Origin: an uncultured Candidatus Binatia bacterium
GTDB taxonomy: Bacteria > Desulfobacterota > Binatia > UBA9968 > JAJDTQ01
Direction of reading: 5' to 3'
Length of the DNA: 64,000 nucleotides
Assembly (NCBI GenBank): GCA_965242525.1
Contig: OZ251459.1
Location: 2,912,001-2,976,000, forward strand
Within the stretch, counting starts at the first letter, position 1; the number at the start of each line of letters is the position of its first letter. This document shows positions 46,607 to 55,325 of this stretch, in pieces. Below the pieces are notes generated by a model that was not told the origin of the DNA, did no database searches, and saw nothing but the letters and a program-made list of their open reading frames with translations. A program made the translations under genes and the position numbers.

Positions 46607-48760
46607 TCAGGCGTGCTGTTCGCCGGACTGGGACGGTTCGCCGGGGATGGTCAGCCAGAACTCGGTGAACGAGCCGGGTTCGCTCTCGACGCCCATGGCG
46701 CCGCCGTGCTGGGCCAGGATGTCCTGGGACAGGGACAGGCCGAGTCCGGTGCCTTCTCCCGTGGCCTTGGTGGTGACGAAAGGCTCGAAGATCTTCTCGA
46801 CCATGTCCTGGGGAATGCCGGGGCCGTTGTCCCTGATGCGGAACTCCGCGTTCTCCCCCTCTCGCCGGCTCGACAACCGGATGGTGGGCTCGTAGCCGTC
46901 CGCGGGCTTCTCGAAGTCGCCGGTGGTCTTCTTGAGCCGTTCGAACGTGGCTTGGCAGGCGTTGGTGATCAGGTTGAGGAAGACGCGGCTGATGTCCTGG
47001 GGCACCACCTCGACTTCGCCGATGCCGCTGTCGAGGTCCTCTTCCCAGGTCACGTTGAAGAGCTGGTTCTTGGCGCGCATGGAGTGGTAGGCCAGGTCGG
47101 CGTACTGCTTGAGCAGCGCGTTCAGGTCCACCGCGCGCCGCTCGCCGGACTGGCCGCGGGAGTGCTCCAGCATGCTGTGCACGATGCCGTCGGCGCGCTT
47201 GCCGTGCTGCTGGATCTTCTGGAGGTTGCCGTTCAGGTCGTCGAGGATGCTGCCGATCTCCTCCCGCGCGTCGTCGGGGAGGCCCTCGGTGATCTCGTCC
47301 AGCACTTCGCGCACTTCCTCGATCAACTCGCCCGACACCTCGGAGAAGTTGTTGACGAAGTTGAGGGGGTTCTTGATCTCGTGGGCGATGCCCGCGGCCA
47401 ACTGCCCCAGGGAGGCGAGCTTCTCCTGCATGACCACCTGGTTCTGGGCCGTCTTCAGGTCCTCGAGGGTCTGCTCCAGCTCCTCGTTCTTGTCCTTCAA
47501 CTCGTCCGCGAGCTTCTCCACCAGGTTGAGGCGCTGGACTTCGAGGGCGTGGCGCCGGAACACTTCCAGCGCTTCCGCCATGTCGGTCACCTCGTCGTTG
47601 CCCCGGACCTCCACCGGCACCTCCAGGTTGCCTTCGGCCATGGAACGCATGGAGCCGGCCAGGCCCGTCAGACGCCGGATCAGGTAGCGTCCGATGAAGA
47701 TCCAGCCGAGGGCGACCGCGCCGATGATGTTGAAGATGTTGAGGACCACCAGCAGCAACATGCCGGTGTTCACCGCGGACGTGGAGGCGGTACTGGCTTC
47801 GGACGCGGACTCGTCCGTCACCATCACCACCCGGTCCATGGTCGCCAGCAGCCGGGCCGCGTTGGCCCGGTTCTCCGCGATGTACTGCGCTTCCAGGTCC
47901 GCTTCCCGGAGGATCGCTTCCTGCAGGTCGAAGATGCCGTCGGCGCCCTGCCCCAACGACTTGAGCTGCTCGACCTGGGCGGACAGCAGCCAGGACTGGA
48001 ACGAACGCTCGAAGGATCCCACCGCGGCGTCGTAGCGCTCCCGGAGCGGCTGGATCAGGGCCCGGTCGTTCACCACCGCGGTTTCCGCGAGCAACCGGCC
48101 GGCGAGGCTGGCCTGGGTGTGCAAGGTCAACAGGTCGCGGTAACGCAGCAACTGGTTGTAGGCCGTCCGCTCTTCGACGGGAGCGGGCTCATCGCCGATG
48201 TCCCGGAGCCCCGTGGCGAGGAAGAACGCCTGGTCGTCGATGGCAGGGACCAGTATCTGGTCGATCTGCCGGGTCACCACCGGGATCTCGTCCTCGCGAG
48301 CCTCCAGGCGGCGCTCCTTCTCGCGCCGCAGCGAGGCCGCCGACTCGATCTTCTCCAGCGTCGAGGTCAGCGCGTCGGAGAGCGAACGGAGCACGCCGGC
48401 CTGGGCTTCCAGGGAGGCGTTCTGCCGGAGTTCGTCGATGAGCTCGTAGAGGAGGTCCTTGTCCCGCGCGATGGCCGTCTTGACCTGGGCCAGGTCCTCT
48501 GCGGACACCGCGGAGACCAGCCGGGGAGCGGCGTTGACCAGGGCCGAACTCTGCTGGGCGGCCCGGATGGCCGCGGTCAGGCTCGGCACGCTGTCCTCGA
48601 TGATGCGGCGCTGCGAATCGCTCACCGCGCGGAAGGACAGCAACGCCACCGTGCTGGCCGCGAGCATCAGCAGGACTCCCGCACCGAAACCGGCGTAGAT
48701 CTTGAGACCGAGGCCGACCCTACGGCCGGTGGGCCGCTTCGGGGAATCCGGGTCCGCCAT
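46607..48760 (-). CDS. Sensor histidine kinase (TorS-like periplasmic domain, HAMP, HisKA, HATPase)
   Basis: Two TM segments, NDE..DMA.AL HAMP, QEKLASLGQL.AGIAHEIKNPLNF, DNGPGI, FEPF.TTK..GEGTGLGL. Confidence 0.92.
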   Translation of the reverse strand: MADPDSPKRPTGRRVGLGLKIYAGFGAGVLLMLAASTVALLSFRAVSDSQRRIIEDSVPSLTAAIRAAQQSSALVNAAPRLVSAVSAEDLAQVKTAIARDKDLLYELIDELRQNASLEAQAGVLRSLSDALTSTLEKIESAASLRREKERRLEAREDEIPVVTRQIDQILVPAIDDQAFFLATGLRDIGDEPAPVEERTAYNQLLRYRDLLTLHTQASLAGRLLAETAVVNDRALIQPLRERYDAAVGSFERSFQSWLLSAQVEQLKSLGQGADGIFDLQEAILREADLEAQYIAENRANAARLLATMDRVVMVTDESASEASTASTSAVNTGMLLLVVLNIFNIIGAVALGWIFIGRYLIRRLTGLAGSMRSMAEGNLEVPVEVRGNDEVTDMAEALEVFRRHALEVQRLNLVEKLADELKDKNEELEQTLEDLKTAQNQVVMQEKLASLGQLAAGIAHEIKNPLNFVNNFSEVSGELIEEVREVLDEITEGLPDDAREEIGSILDDLNGNLQKIQQHGKRADGIVHSMLEHSRGQSGERRAVDLNALLKQYADLAYHSMRAKNQLFNVTWEEDLDSGIGEVEVVPQDISRVFLNLITNACQATFERLKKTTGDFEKPADGYEPTIRLSSRREGENAEFRIRDNGPGIPQDMVEKIFEPFVTTKATGEGTGLGLSLSQDILAQHGGAMGVESEPGSFTEFWLTIPGEPSQSGEQHA

Positions 48761-48762
48761 GC

Positions 48763-49989
48763 TCAAGGCCGCTCCAGGCGCCGGAGGGAACGAAACTCCC
48801 CGGAGTCGCCGATCATGGTCAGGTAGACCTGGTCGGAACCCTGGTTGTCGGATTCCCCGTAGCTCAACTCGAACCCGCCGAGGTCGATGGCCCCGGCTTT
48901 CTGGAGGGATGAGATGAACCCCCGGCGGGTCAGGTCGGCCCCCGTCCGGCGCAGCGCCTCGATGGCCACGCGGCCCGCCAGGTAACCCTCCAGGGAAACG
49001 AAACCCGCGGCCGCCTTCGGATCGACGGCGCGAAGCGCCTCATGGTATTCGGTCACGATGGGGATCCGGGCGTCGTGTGGGAACGGCACTACCTGGGTGA
49101 CGACGACGCCCTTGCCATCGGGTCCGAGGGCCTTGGCCAGAGCGGAGCTGCCGACGAACGAGATGTTGACGAAGACGGGGTTGAAGTCGAGGAAGCGGCA
49201 CCACTTGATGAAGGTCGCGACGGGCTGGTAGGCGCCCACGATGATGATCGCCTCGGGGAGGCCGACCCTCATGTCCAGCACCGCGGTCTTCACCGCCTCG
49301 GTGTTGCGCGGGTACGTGGCCTCGACCGCCAGCCTCATGCCGCGCCGGTCGAGGGCCTGGCGCGTGCCCGCCAGCCCCGCCCGGCCGTACGAGTCGTCCT
49401 GGTAGAGGATGCCGATGCGCTCCATTCCCAGGTCCTGGGTGAGGCGCTCCACCATCTCTTCGGTCTCCTGGTAGTAGGAAGCGCGCACGTTGACCACGGT
49501 AGGACGCTTCTCCACGTCGCGCAGGAACTCCGCGCCGGTGAAGGGTCCGAGGTAGGGGACGCCCGCCTTCGTGGCGATGGGCTCCGCGGCTTTCGACGTG
49601 GGCGTGCCCACCGCGCCGATGAGGGCGAAGACCCGGTCCTCCTCGATGAGGCGCTTGGTGTTGGCGATGGCCGCCTCGGGTTCGTAGCGGTCGTCGAGGC
49701 TCGTCAGGTCCAACCGGCGGCCGTGCACCCCGCCCGCGCGGTTCGCCTCGTCGAAGGCCGCTTGGATGCCCAGGCGCATCCCTTCGCCGAGGGCCTTCGC
49801 AGGCCCGTCCAGGGCGCAGGACTGGCCGAACTGCACCGCCTCCGGGCTGACCCCCGGGGTTCCGGCGCCGTCCGGCGGCGTCTGCGCCGCGGCCTCCGAC
49901 CCCAGGCAGGCGGCCGCCAGCAGCAGGGCGGCGAGCAGCTCGATGGCTCTCAACTCGAGGAACCTCCGAACGATCGGGACAGGGGGCAT
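48763..49989 (-). CDS. Type I periplasmic binding protein (Leu-binding/PBP1 family); start lies inside a MITE
   Basis: GQS..L.GP...LG, N..GGV.GR, DD.YEP, VGTPT, N.RASY..E, Q.D.YG. Confidence 0.88.
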   Translation of the reverse strand: MPPVPIVRRFLELRAIELLAALLLAAACLGSEAAAQTPPDGAGTPGVSPEAVQFGQSCALDGPAKALGEGMRLGIQAAFDEANRAGGVHGRRLDLTSLDDRYEPEAAIANTKRLIEEDRVFALIGAVGTPTSKAAEPIATKAGVPYLGPFTGAEFLRDVEKRPTVVNVRASYYQETEEMVERLTQDLGMERIGILYQDDSYGRAGLAGTRQALDRRGMRLAVEATYPRNTEAVKTAVLDMRVGLPEAIIIVGAYQPVATFIKWCRFLDFNPVFVNISFVGSSALAKALGPDGKGVVVTQVVPFPHDARIPIVTEYHEALRAVDPKAAAGFVSLEGYLAGRVAIEALRRTGADLTRRGFISSLQKAGAIDLGGFELSYGESDNQGSDQVYLTMIGDSGEFRSLRRLERP

Positions 49990-50092
49990 GGGCGCGTCCT
50001 TCGACTCCGCTACGCTACGCCCAGGACGAACGGGGACAGGAGTGTCAGGGTGGGGGAATCCATCCTGGATGTCTCGATCGTTCAGAGGTTCC
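49959..50092. mobile_element. MITE-like element with a REP core
   Basis: AGGAACCTCCGAACGATCG...CGATCGTTCAGAGGTTCCT inverted ends. Confidence 0.8.
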
Positions 50093-50112
50093 TCAAGACT
50101 CCGGACGGGCTC

Positions 50113-51306
50113 CTAGCCGCCGTGGTAGCGCAGCACTACGCAGGTGATGTCGTCCGACTGGGGGTTGTCACCGGCGAACGCCCGCACCTGATCGAGGACC
50201 CGCGTGGAGACATCCTCGCACCCGGCGCCGTCGATCCCGGCGAGCAACTCGTCGAGCCGCTCCTCGCCGAACTCGGCCGCGCCCGGCCCCTCGGCTTCGT
50301 TGACTCCGTCGGTGTACAGGAACAGCGTGTCGCCGCCCTGGAGCTGGATCGATCCCTGTTGGTACTCATGCCGGGGAACCACCCCCAACGCCACGTTGCG
50401 CGTGGTGGGCAAAGCCTCCACCTGTCCGTCGCCGCGCACGGCCCGGGGCAGGTTGTGGCCTCCGTTGGAGTACTCGAAGACGCCGCTTTCCGGGTCGAAG
50501 ACGCCGTAGAAGAGGGTCACGAACATGCACGTCTCGTTGTCCTCGCAGAGGGTCTCGTTGACGTAGTTCAGGCACTGGTTGGGCGCCCCCCCCTCCATGG
50601 CGTAGCTCCTGAGCAGGGTGCGGCAGGCCATCATGAACAGGGCCGCGGGAACGCCCTTCCCCGATACGTCGCCGATGGCCACGCCGATCCTGCCCTGGCC
50701 CAGGGGGAAGAAGTCGTAGAAGTCGCCCCCCACTTCCTTGGCCGGAACCATGAGGCCGTGGGTGTTATAGCGGTCGCTGGAAGGGAAGGTCCGGGGCAGC
50801 ACCGACGCCTGCATCTCCCGGGCCACCTCCAGCTCGCGGCCCAGGGCCACCAGTTGATCCCGGTTGGCCAGGGCTTCGCGTATCAACTCCAGGTGCTTCA
50901 GGGTCTTGTCGATGGTGATTTCGAGGTCGTTGAAGTCGATGGGCTTGGTGACGAAATCGAACGCCCCGCGGTTCATCGCGGTGCGGATGTTGTTCATGTC
51001 GCCGTACGCCGACACGATCACGGAGCGGATGTTCGGCTTGCTCTCGTTGAGCTGCTTGAGCAGCGTGAGGCCATCCATGACCGGCATGTTGATGTCCGAG
51101 ATGACCATGGAGATCTCGTCGTCCTCGTCCAGCTTCTCCATGGCCTCCTGGCCGTTGTGGGCGAAACTGAAGGAGATCTCCTGCTTGCGGATACGGCGGC
51201 GGAACTTCTGCAACACCAGGGCCTCGAGGTCCTCCTCGTCATCTACCACCAGTATCTTGACAGGCAAGTCGCTCAACCGAATGTCCTCGACAGAGATGGG
51301 TTCCAT
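50113..51306 (-). CDS. Receiver + PP2C/SpoIIE phosphatase (RsbU-like)
   Basis: VVDDE...SDINMP.MDG...KP receiver; VGGDFYD, GDVSGKG.PAAL, YTDG..EA, DDIT. Confidence 0.93.
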   Translation of the reverse strand: MEPISVEDIRLSDLPVKILVVDDEEDLEALVLQKFRRRIRKQEISFSFAHNGQEAMEKLDEDDEISMVISDINMPVMDGLTLLKQLNESKPNIRSVIVSAYGDMNNIRTAMNRGAFDFVTKPIDFNDLEITIDKTLKHLELIREALANRDQLVALGRELEVAREMQASVLPRTFPSSDRYNTHGLMVPAKEVGGDFYDFFPLGQGRIGVAIGDVSGKGVPAALFMMACRTLLRSYAMEGGAPNQCLNYVNETLCEDNETCMFVTLFYGVFDPESGVFEYSNGGHNLPRAVRGDGQVEALPTTRNVALGVVPRHEYQQGSIQLQGGDTLFLYTDGVNEAEGPGAAEFGEERLDELLAGIDGAGCEDVSTRVLDQVRAFAGDNPQSDDITCVVLRYHGG

Positions 51307-51307
51307 G

Positions 51308-51661
51308 TCAACTTGCGTTGACAGCCTCCTGGCGGGTGGCGTGGATGGCCAGGATCTCGTTGAAGCCGCTGATCTTGAACACCTCGGAGATGTGGTCGCG
51401 CATGGCGCAGAGCACGATCTTCCTGCCGCCGGCCTGGAGCTGCTTGGCCGCCAGGAGCAGCACCCGGAGCCCCGCGCTGCTGATGTACTCGATGTTCTCG
51501 AAGTCCACCACGAGGGAGCCGGTGCCCTCGTCGATCAATTTGAGCAGCGCCTCCTGGAACGGGCTTGCAGTGCTGCCGTCGATGCGGCCGGCGGGGATCA
51601 CCACGATGGCGTCGCCGCTCGTTTCCGTATTGAGGTCCAAGGCGGTACCGTTTGCCATCAC
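51308..51661 (-). CDS. STAS anti-sigma factor antagonist (RsbV-like)
   Basis: GRID, VD...EYISSAGLR.L, VF.ISGF. Confidence 0.92.
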   Translation of the reverse strand: MMANGTALDLNTETSGDAIVVIPAGRIDGSTASPFQEALLKLIDEGTGSLVVDFENIEYISSAGLRVLLLAAKQLQAGGRKIVLCAMRDHISEVFKISGFNEILAIHATRQEAVNAS

Positions 51662-52093
51662 CTAGTCTCCTTTCAGGGGTAAGCGCAGAGTCACACGGTT
51701 GAAACCGTCGGAACGCTGGTAGTCCGGGTTCGGGAACAGGGCCTTGGTCAGGAAGACCCCGAGCCCGCCGATCTGACGGTCGGCGAGGCTCGCGTGGACG
51801 TCCGGCTCGGGGGCTTCCTCGAACGGATTGAACGCGACTCCCGTATCCTCCAACCGGACGACGACTGCGTCGGCTTCGAGGCGCAACTCCACCCGGAGCT
51901 CCGTGCGCTCCGCATCCGCGAAACCATATTCGATCGTGTTGGTGGCCAACTCGTCCAGGGCAAGGTTCAACTTCTGGATCTGCGCCTCGGACAGCCCGTT
52001 GGCCTCTCCGAAACGGGTCAAGGCTTCGGTCATGGCCGGCAGCGCGGACGAGAGGTCGGGCTCCAGTTCGATAGAAAGCCGAGGCAGCGTCAT
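51662..52093 (-). CDS. Anti-sigma factor Ser kinase (RsbW-like)
   Basis: L.LDEL.TN.I.Y, D.G..FNP, R.IGGLG.FL, Y.R....N. Confidence 0.9.
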   Translation of the reverse strand: MTLPRLSIELEPDLSSALPAMTEALTRFGEANGLSEAQIQKLNLALDELATNTIEYGFADAERTELRVELRLEADAVVVRLEDTGVAFNPFEEAPEPDVHASLADRQIGGLGVFLTKALFPNPDYQRSDGFNRVTLRLPLKGD

Positions 52094-52118
52094 CTTCGTA
52101 CCTGACTACCGTTGCATA

Positions 52119-52147
52119 ATGATAGTGGATCGCCAACGGGGTGTCAA
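52119..52147 (-). promoter_or_regulatory. Sigma70-like promoter of the rsbW-rsbV-rsbU-PBP-HK cluster
   Basis: TTGACA-N17-TATCAT. Confidence 0.6.
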
Positions 52148-52172
52148 ACCGCCCGGCTCCGGCGGCTCAGGG

Positions 52173-52652
52173 CTACGACCGGTCCTCGATCCACCGGGCC
52201 AGCGCCTTGCGGGGGTCGGCGACCTCCGCCGCGGAACCGTACCAGTATTCATCCCAGCCGGTCTCCGGCAGACCGGCGAACACCATCAGGTTCAGCGGAT
52301 AGGCTTCGCTGTCGGTGCAGCGGCGAAAGTCGTCCCGGAACAGGAACACCGGCTTCTCCCAGGCGATGGCCATGCCGAGCTCCACCATGACGCCCTCGTC
52401 CGGGGGACAGCCGTTGACCACCGCGAACAGCCCGTCCGCATCCCGCACGTCGCGGAGGTCGGCCTGTCCGATGCGGTACGCCCAGCCGGGCTGCGCCCGG
52501 TCCACCTGGTTGTTGCGGGCGAAGGGCTCCCACACCTCCGCGCCCAGGGCTTCCAGCGCCGACACCAACGCCGCCAATGGCCCCTCCCGCTGCTGCGAGG
52601 AAAAGCCGTAGGGGTTCGCCAAGTACAGGGTCTTCTTCGTGTTCATCCGCAT
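52173..52652 (-). CDS. Nucleoside 2-deoxyribosyltransferase family protein
   Basis: YLANPYGFS, D..DV..AD, PPDEG..VELG.A.A..KP, YPLNLM. Confidence 0.85.
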   Translation of the reverse strand: MRMNTKKTLYLANPYGFSSQQREGPLAALVSALEALGAEVWEPFARNNQVDRAQPGWAYRIGQADLRDVRDADGLFAVVNGCPPDEGVMVELGMAIAWEKPVFLFRDDFRRCTDSEAYPLNLMVFAGLPETGWDEYWYGSAAEVADPRKALARWIEDRS

Positions 52653-52800
52653 GCCTCCCGTGTATGCCGTCCTGCGGACAGGATCGATGAACATGGCCGA
52701 GATCGGACGTTTTGTCCAACGAAGCGCGCTCTTTCTCCGGGATTGTTCGGAGGTTCCCAAAGGGGAAAATCCATAGCGGCGCTTTCGATTTTCCCGTATA

Positions 52801-53961
52801 ATGTCGGATGTGGTTCCCCGTACCCGACATGAAGCAGCGCTTCGCGAGCTGCTGGACCAGTTCCCCGTGGTGGGTCTCGTCGGCGCCCGACAGGTGGGCA
52901 AGACCACGCTTGCCCGTCGTGTGGCCGGACGCGAAGAGCGGCCCGTCACCGTCTTCGACCTCGAAGACCCGACCGACGAGGCGAAGTTCGCCGACCCCAA
53001 ACTTGTCCTCGAACCCCTGCGGGGCCTGGTGGTCATCGACGAAGTGCAGCGGAGCGAAGGACTCTTTCGGCTGTTGCGGGTGCTCGTGGACCGCCCGGAC
53101 AACCCGGCCCGGTTCCTGGTGCTCGGCAGCGCAGGCCCCGACCTGCTGCGCCAGTCGTCCGAGACCCTCGCGGGGCGCATCGCGTACTACGAGCTTCCGC
53201 CCTTCCGGGTCGGCGAGACGGGCGCCGACGCCATCTCGCGCCTGTGGTCCCGCGGCGGCTTTCCACCGTCGTTCCTCGCCCCGGACGACCGCCGGAGCTT
53301 CGCGTGGCGGACCGCCTTCATCCGCACGTTTCTCGAGCGCGACCTCCCGCAGCTCGGGGTCCCGGTGGCCGCGGCGACCATGCGCCGCTTCTGGACCATG
53401 GTGGCGCACTACCACGGCAATCGATGGAACGGCGCCGAGGTCGGCCGCGCTCTCGGGGCGACGGCCCCGACCATCAACGCCTATCTCGATGCGCTGGCGG
53501 ACGCGCTGGTGGTGCGCCGGATGCAGCCTTGGCGCGAGAACCTGAAGAAACGGCAGGTCAAGGCGCCGAAGGTGTATCTCGCCGATACCGGGCTGCTGCA
53601 CGCGCTGCTCGGCCTGGACTCCGAATCCGCCCTCGCCGGCCATCCCAAGTCCGGCGCCTCCTGGGAAGGATTCGCCATGCAGGAGGTCGTGGGGACGCTC
53701 GGAGTCGATTGGGATCGATGCTACTACTGGGCGACCCACCGGGGCGCGGAACTCGACCTGCTGGTCCTGGACGGGGGCCGGCGGCTCGGGTTCGAGTTCA
53801 AGCGGACCAGTGCTCCGGCAATGACCCGCTCCATGCACTCGGCGCTGTCCGACCTGGAGCTCGACCGGCTGTTCACGGTCTTCCCGGGCGACTCCCGCTT
53901 CCCCCTCCACGAGCGTGCGGAAGCCGTCGGCCTCGCCCTCGCGTGCGCCGAGGGGTTCTGA
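52801..53961 (+). CDS. AAA_14 ATPase with DUF4143
   Basis: GARQVGKTTL, IDEVQR, LGSA, SE.LAGR, RGGFP, K.PK.Y..DTG, SWEG, E.DL...EFK. Confidence 0.88.
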   Translation: MSDVVPRTRHEAALRELLDQFPVVGLVGARQVGKTTLARRVAGREERPVTVFDLEDPTDEAKFADPKLVLEPLRGLVVIDEVQRSEGLFRLLRVLVDRPDNPARFLVLGSAGPDLLRQSSETLAGRIAYYELPPFRVGETGADAISRLWSRGGFPPSFLAPDDRRSFAWRTAFIRTFLERDLPQLGVPVAAATMRRFWTMVAHYHGNRWNGAEVGRALGATAPTINAYLDALADALVVRRMQPWRENLKKRQVKAPKVYLADTGLLHALLGLDSESALAGHPKSGASWEGFAMQEVVGTLGVDWDRCYYWATHRGAELDLLVLDGGRRLGFEFKRTSAPAMTRSMHSALSDLELDRLFTVFPGDSRFPLHERAEAVGLALACAEGF

Positions 53962-53963
53962 CC

Positions 53964-55325
53964 CTACCGCCGTTCCTCCGGGATCAGGCCGTGGGGGGCG
54001 AAGCGCATGACCAGCAGGAGGACCAGCCCCATGACCACGTGGCGCATGTGGGCGGCGCTGCCCAGGAGATGGCTCCGGACGGGGTTGTCCGGGGCCAGGG
54101 GGGAGGTGGCGGCCTCCATCAGCCACAGGCCCACGGGCTCCGCTTCCACCCATACGTACCAGATCACGAAGCCGCCGAGGACCGCCCCCCAGTTGTTGCC
54201 GGAACCGCCGACGATCACCATGACCCAGATGAGGAAGGTGAAGCGCATGGGCTGGTAGGAGACCGGCGTGAACTGACCGTCCAGGGTCGTGAGCATGGCT
54301 CCGGCAATGCCGATCACCGCGGAGCCGAGCACGAAGACCTGCAGGTGCCGGGCGGTGACGTCCTTTCCCATGGCGCCGGCCGCGGTCTCGTTGTCCCGGA
54401 TGGCCCGCATCATCCGTCCCCAGGGCGCGCGCAGCGCGGACTCGGACAGCCACATCAGGACCACGAGCACCAGCGCGAAGAGGACCGCGTAGCAGAGTTT
54501 CACCACCACGGACGAAAGGTCCACCGGGGTCGCCCCCAGGCTTTCGGCCCATCCCCGGAACCACAGGGCCTGCTGCAGATCGACCTCGTAGGGCACGGGC
54601 CGCGGCAGGCCGCTCACGTTCTTCACCCCCCGGGCGAGCCATTCCTCGTACTTGAGGAAGGCCACGATGATCTCGGAGATGCCGAGGGTGGCGATGGCGA
54701 GGTAGTCGGAGCGAAGGCCGAGGCTGATCTTGCCCGCGGCCCAGCCCGCGGCCGCGGCCAACGCGCCGCCCGCGAGCCAGGAAAGGACGATGGGAAGCCC
54801 GAACCCCCCGAGGTAGCCGGTCCTGGAGGGGTCCACCGCCTCGATGGCCTGCACCGCGGGCTCGAACAGGGCCCGGGCCGCGAGATACCCCCCGAGCAGC
54901 ACCAGCGCCACCGCGAGCTTCCGGTATCGCGGCCGCGCGACCATGCGGCGCACGCGCATGGCGGCGAATATGGTGAGCAGCGCCAGCGCGAGAGCAAAGG
55001 CCACGCCCGCGCCGCCGGCCCGCCACGCCTCGGCCACCGGGGGCATGGACACCACCACTCCCGCCAGCCCGCCGATGGCGGCGAAGCCCATGATGCCGGC
55101 GTTGAACAGGCCGGCATAGCCCCACTGGATGTTGACCCCCAGGGTCATGATCGCCGAGATCAGGCACAGGTTGAGGATCGCCAGCGCCAGGGGCCAACTC
55201 TGCGCCGCGCCCACCAGGCAGACCAGCGCCCCCATGACCGCGAACAGGACGGGCTTGCGGGGCGTCCGCAGCGCCCGGCCCACCCGGCCGGCGAACCCTC
55301 CCGCGGCCGCGGAACCGTCCGTCAT
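53964..55325 (-). CDS. livM: Branched-chain amino acid ABC permease
   Basis: N.QWGYAGL.N.G, LR.DYLAIATLG, GR..RAIRDNE.AA, GGSGNN.GA. Confidence 0.88.
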   Translation of the reverse strand: MTDGSAAAGGFAGRVGRALRTPRKPVLFAVMGALVCLVGAAQSWPLALAILNLCLISAIMTLGVNIQWGYAGLFNAGIMGFAAIGGLAGVVVSMPPVAEAWRAGGAGVAFALALALLTIFAAMRVRRMVARPRYRKLAVALVLLGGYLAARALFEPAVQAIEAVDPSRTGYLGGFGLPIVLSWLAGGALAAAAGWAAGKISLGLRSDYLAIATLGISEIIVAFLKYEEWLARGVKNVSGLPRPVPYEVDLQQALWFRGWAESLGATPVDLSSVVVKLCYAVLFALVLVVLMWLSESALRAPWGRMMRAIRDNETAAGAMGKDVTARHLQVFVLGSAVIGIAGAMLTTLDGQFTPVSYQPMRFTFLIWVMVIVGGSGNNWGAVLGGFVIWYVWVEAEPVGLWLMEAATSPLAPDNPVRSHLLGSAAHMRHVVMGLVLLLVMRFAPHGLIPEERR

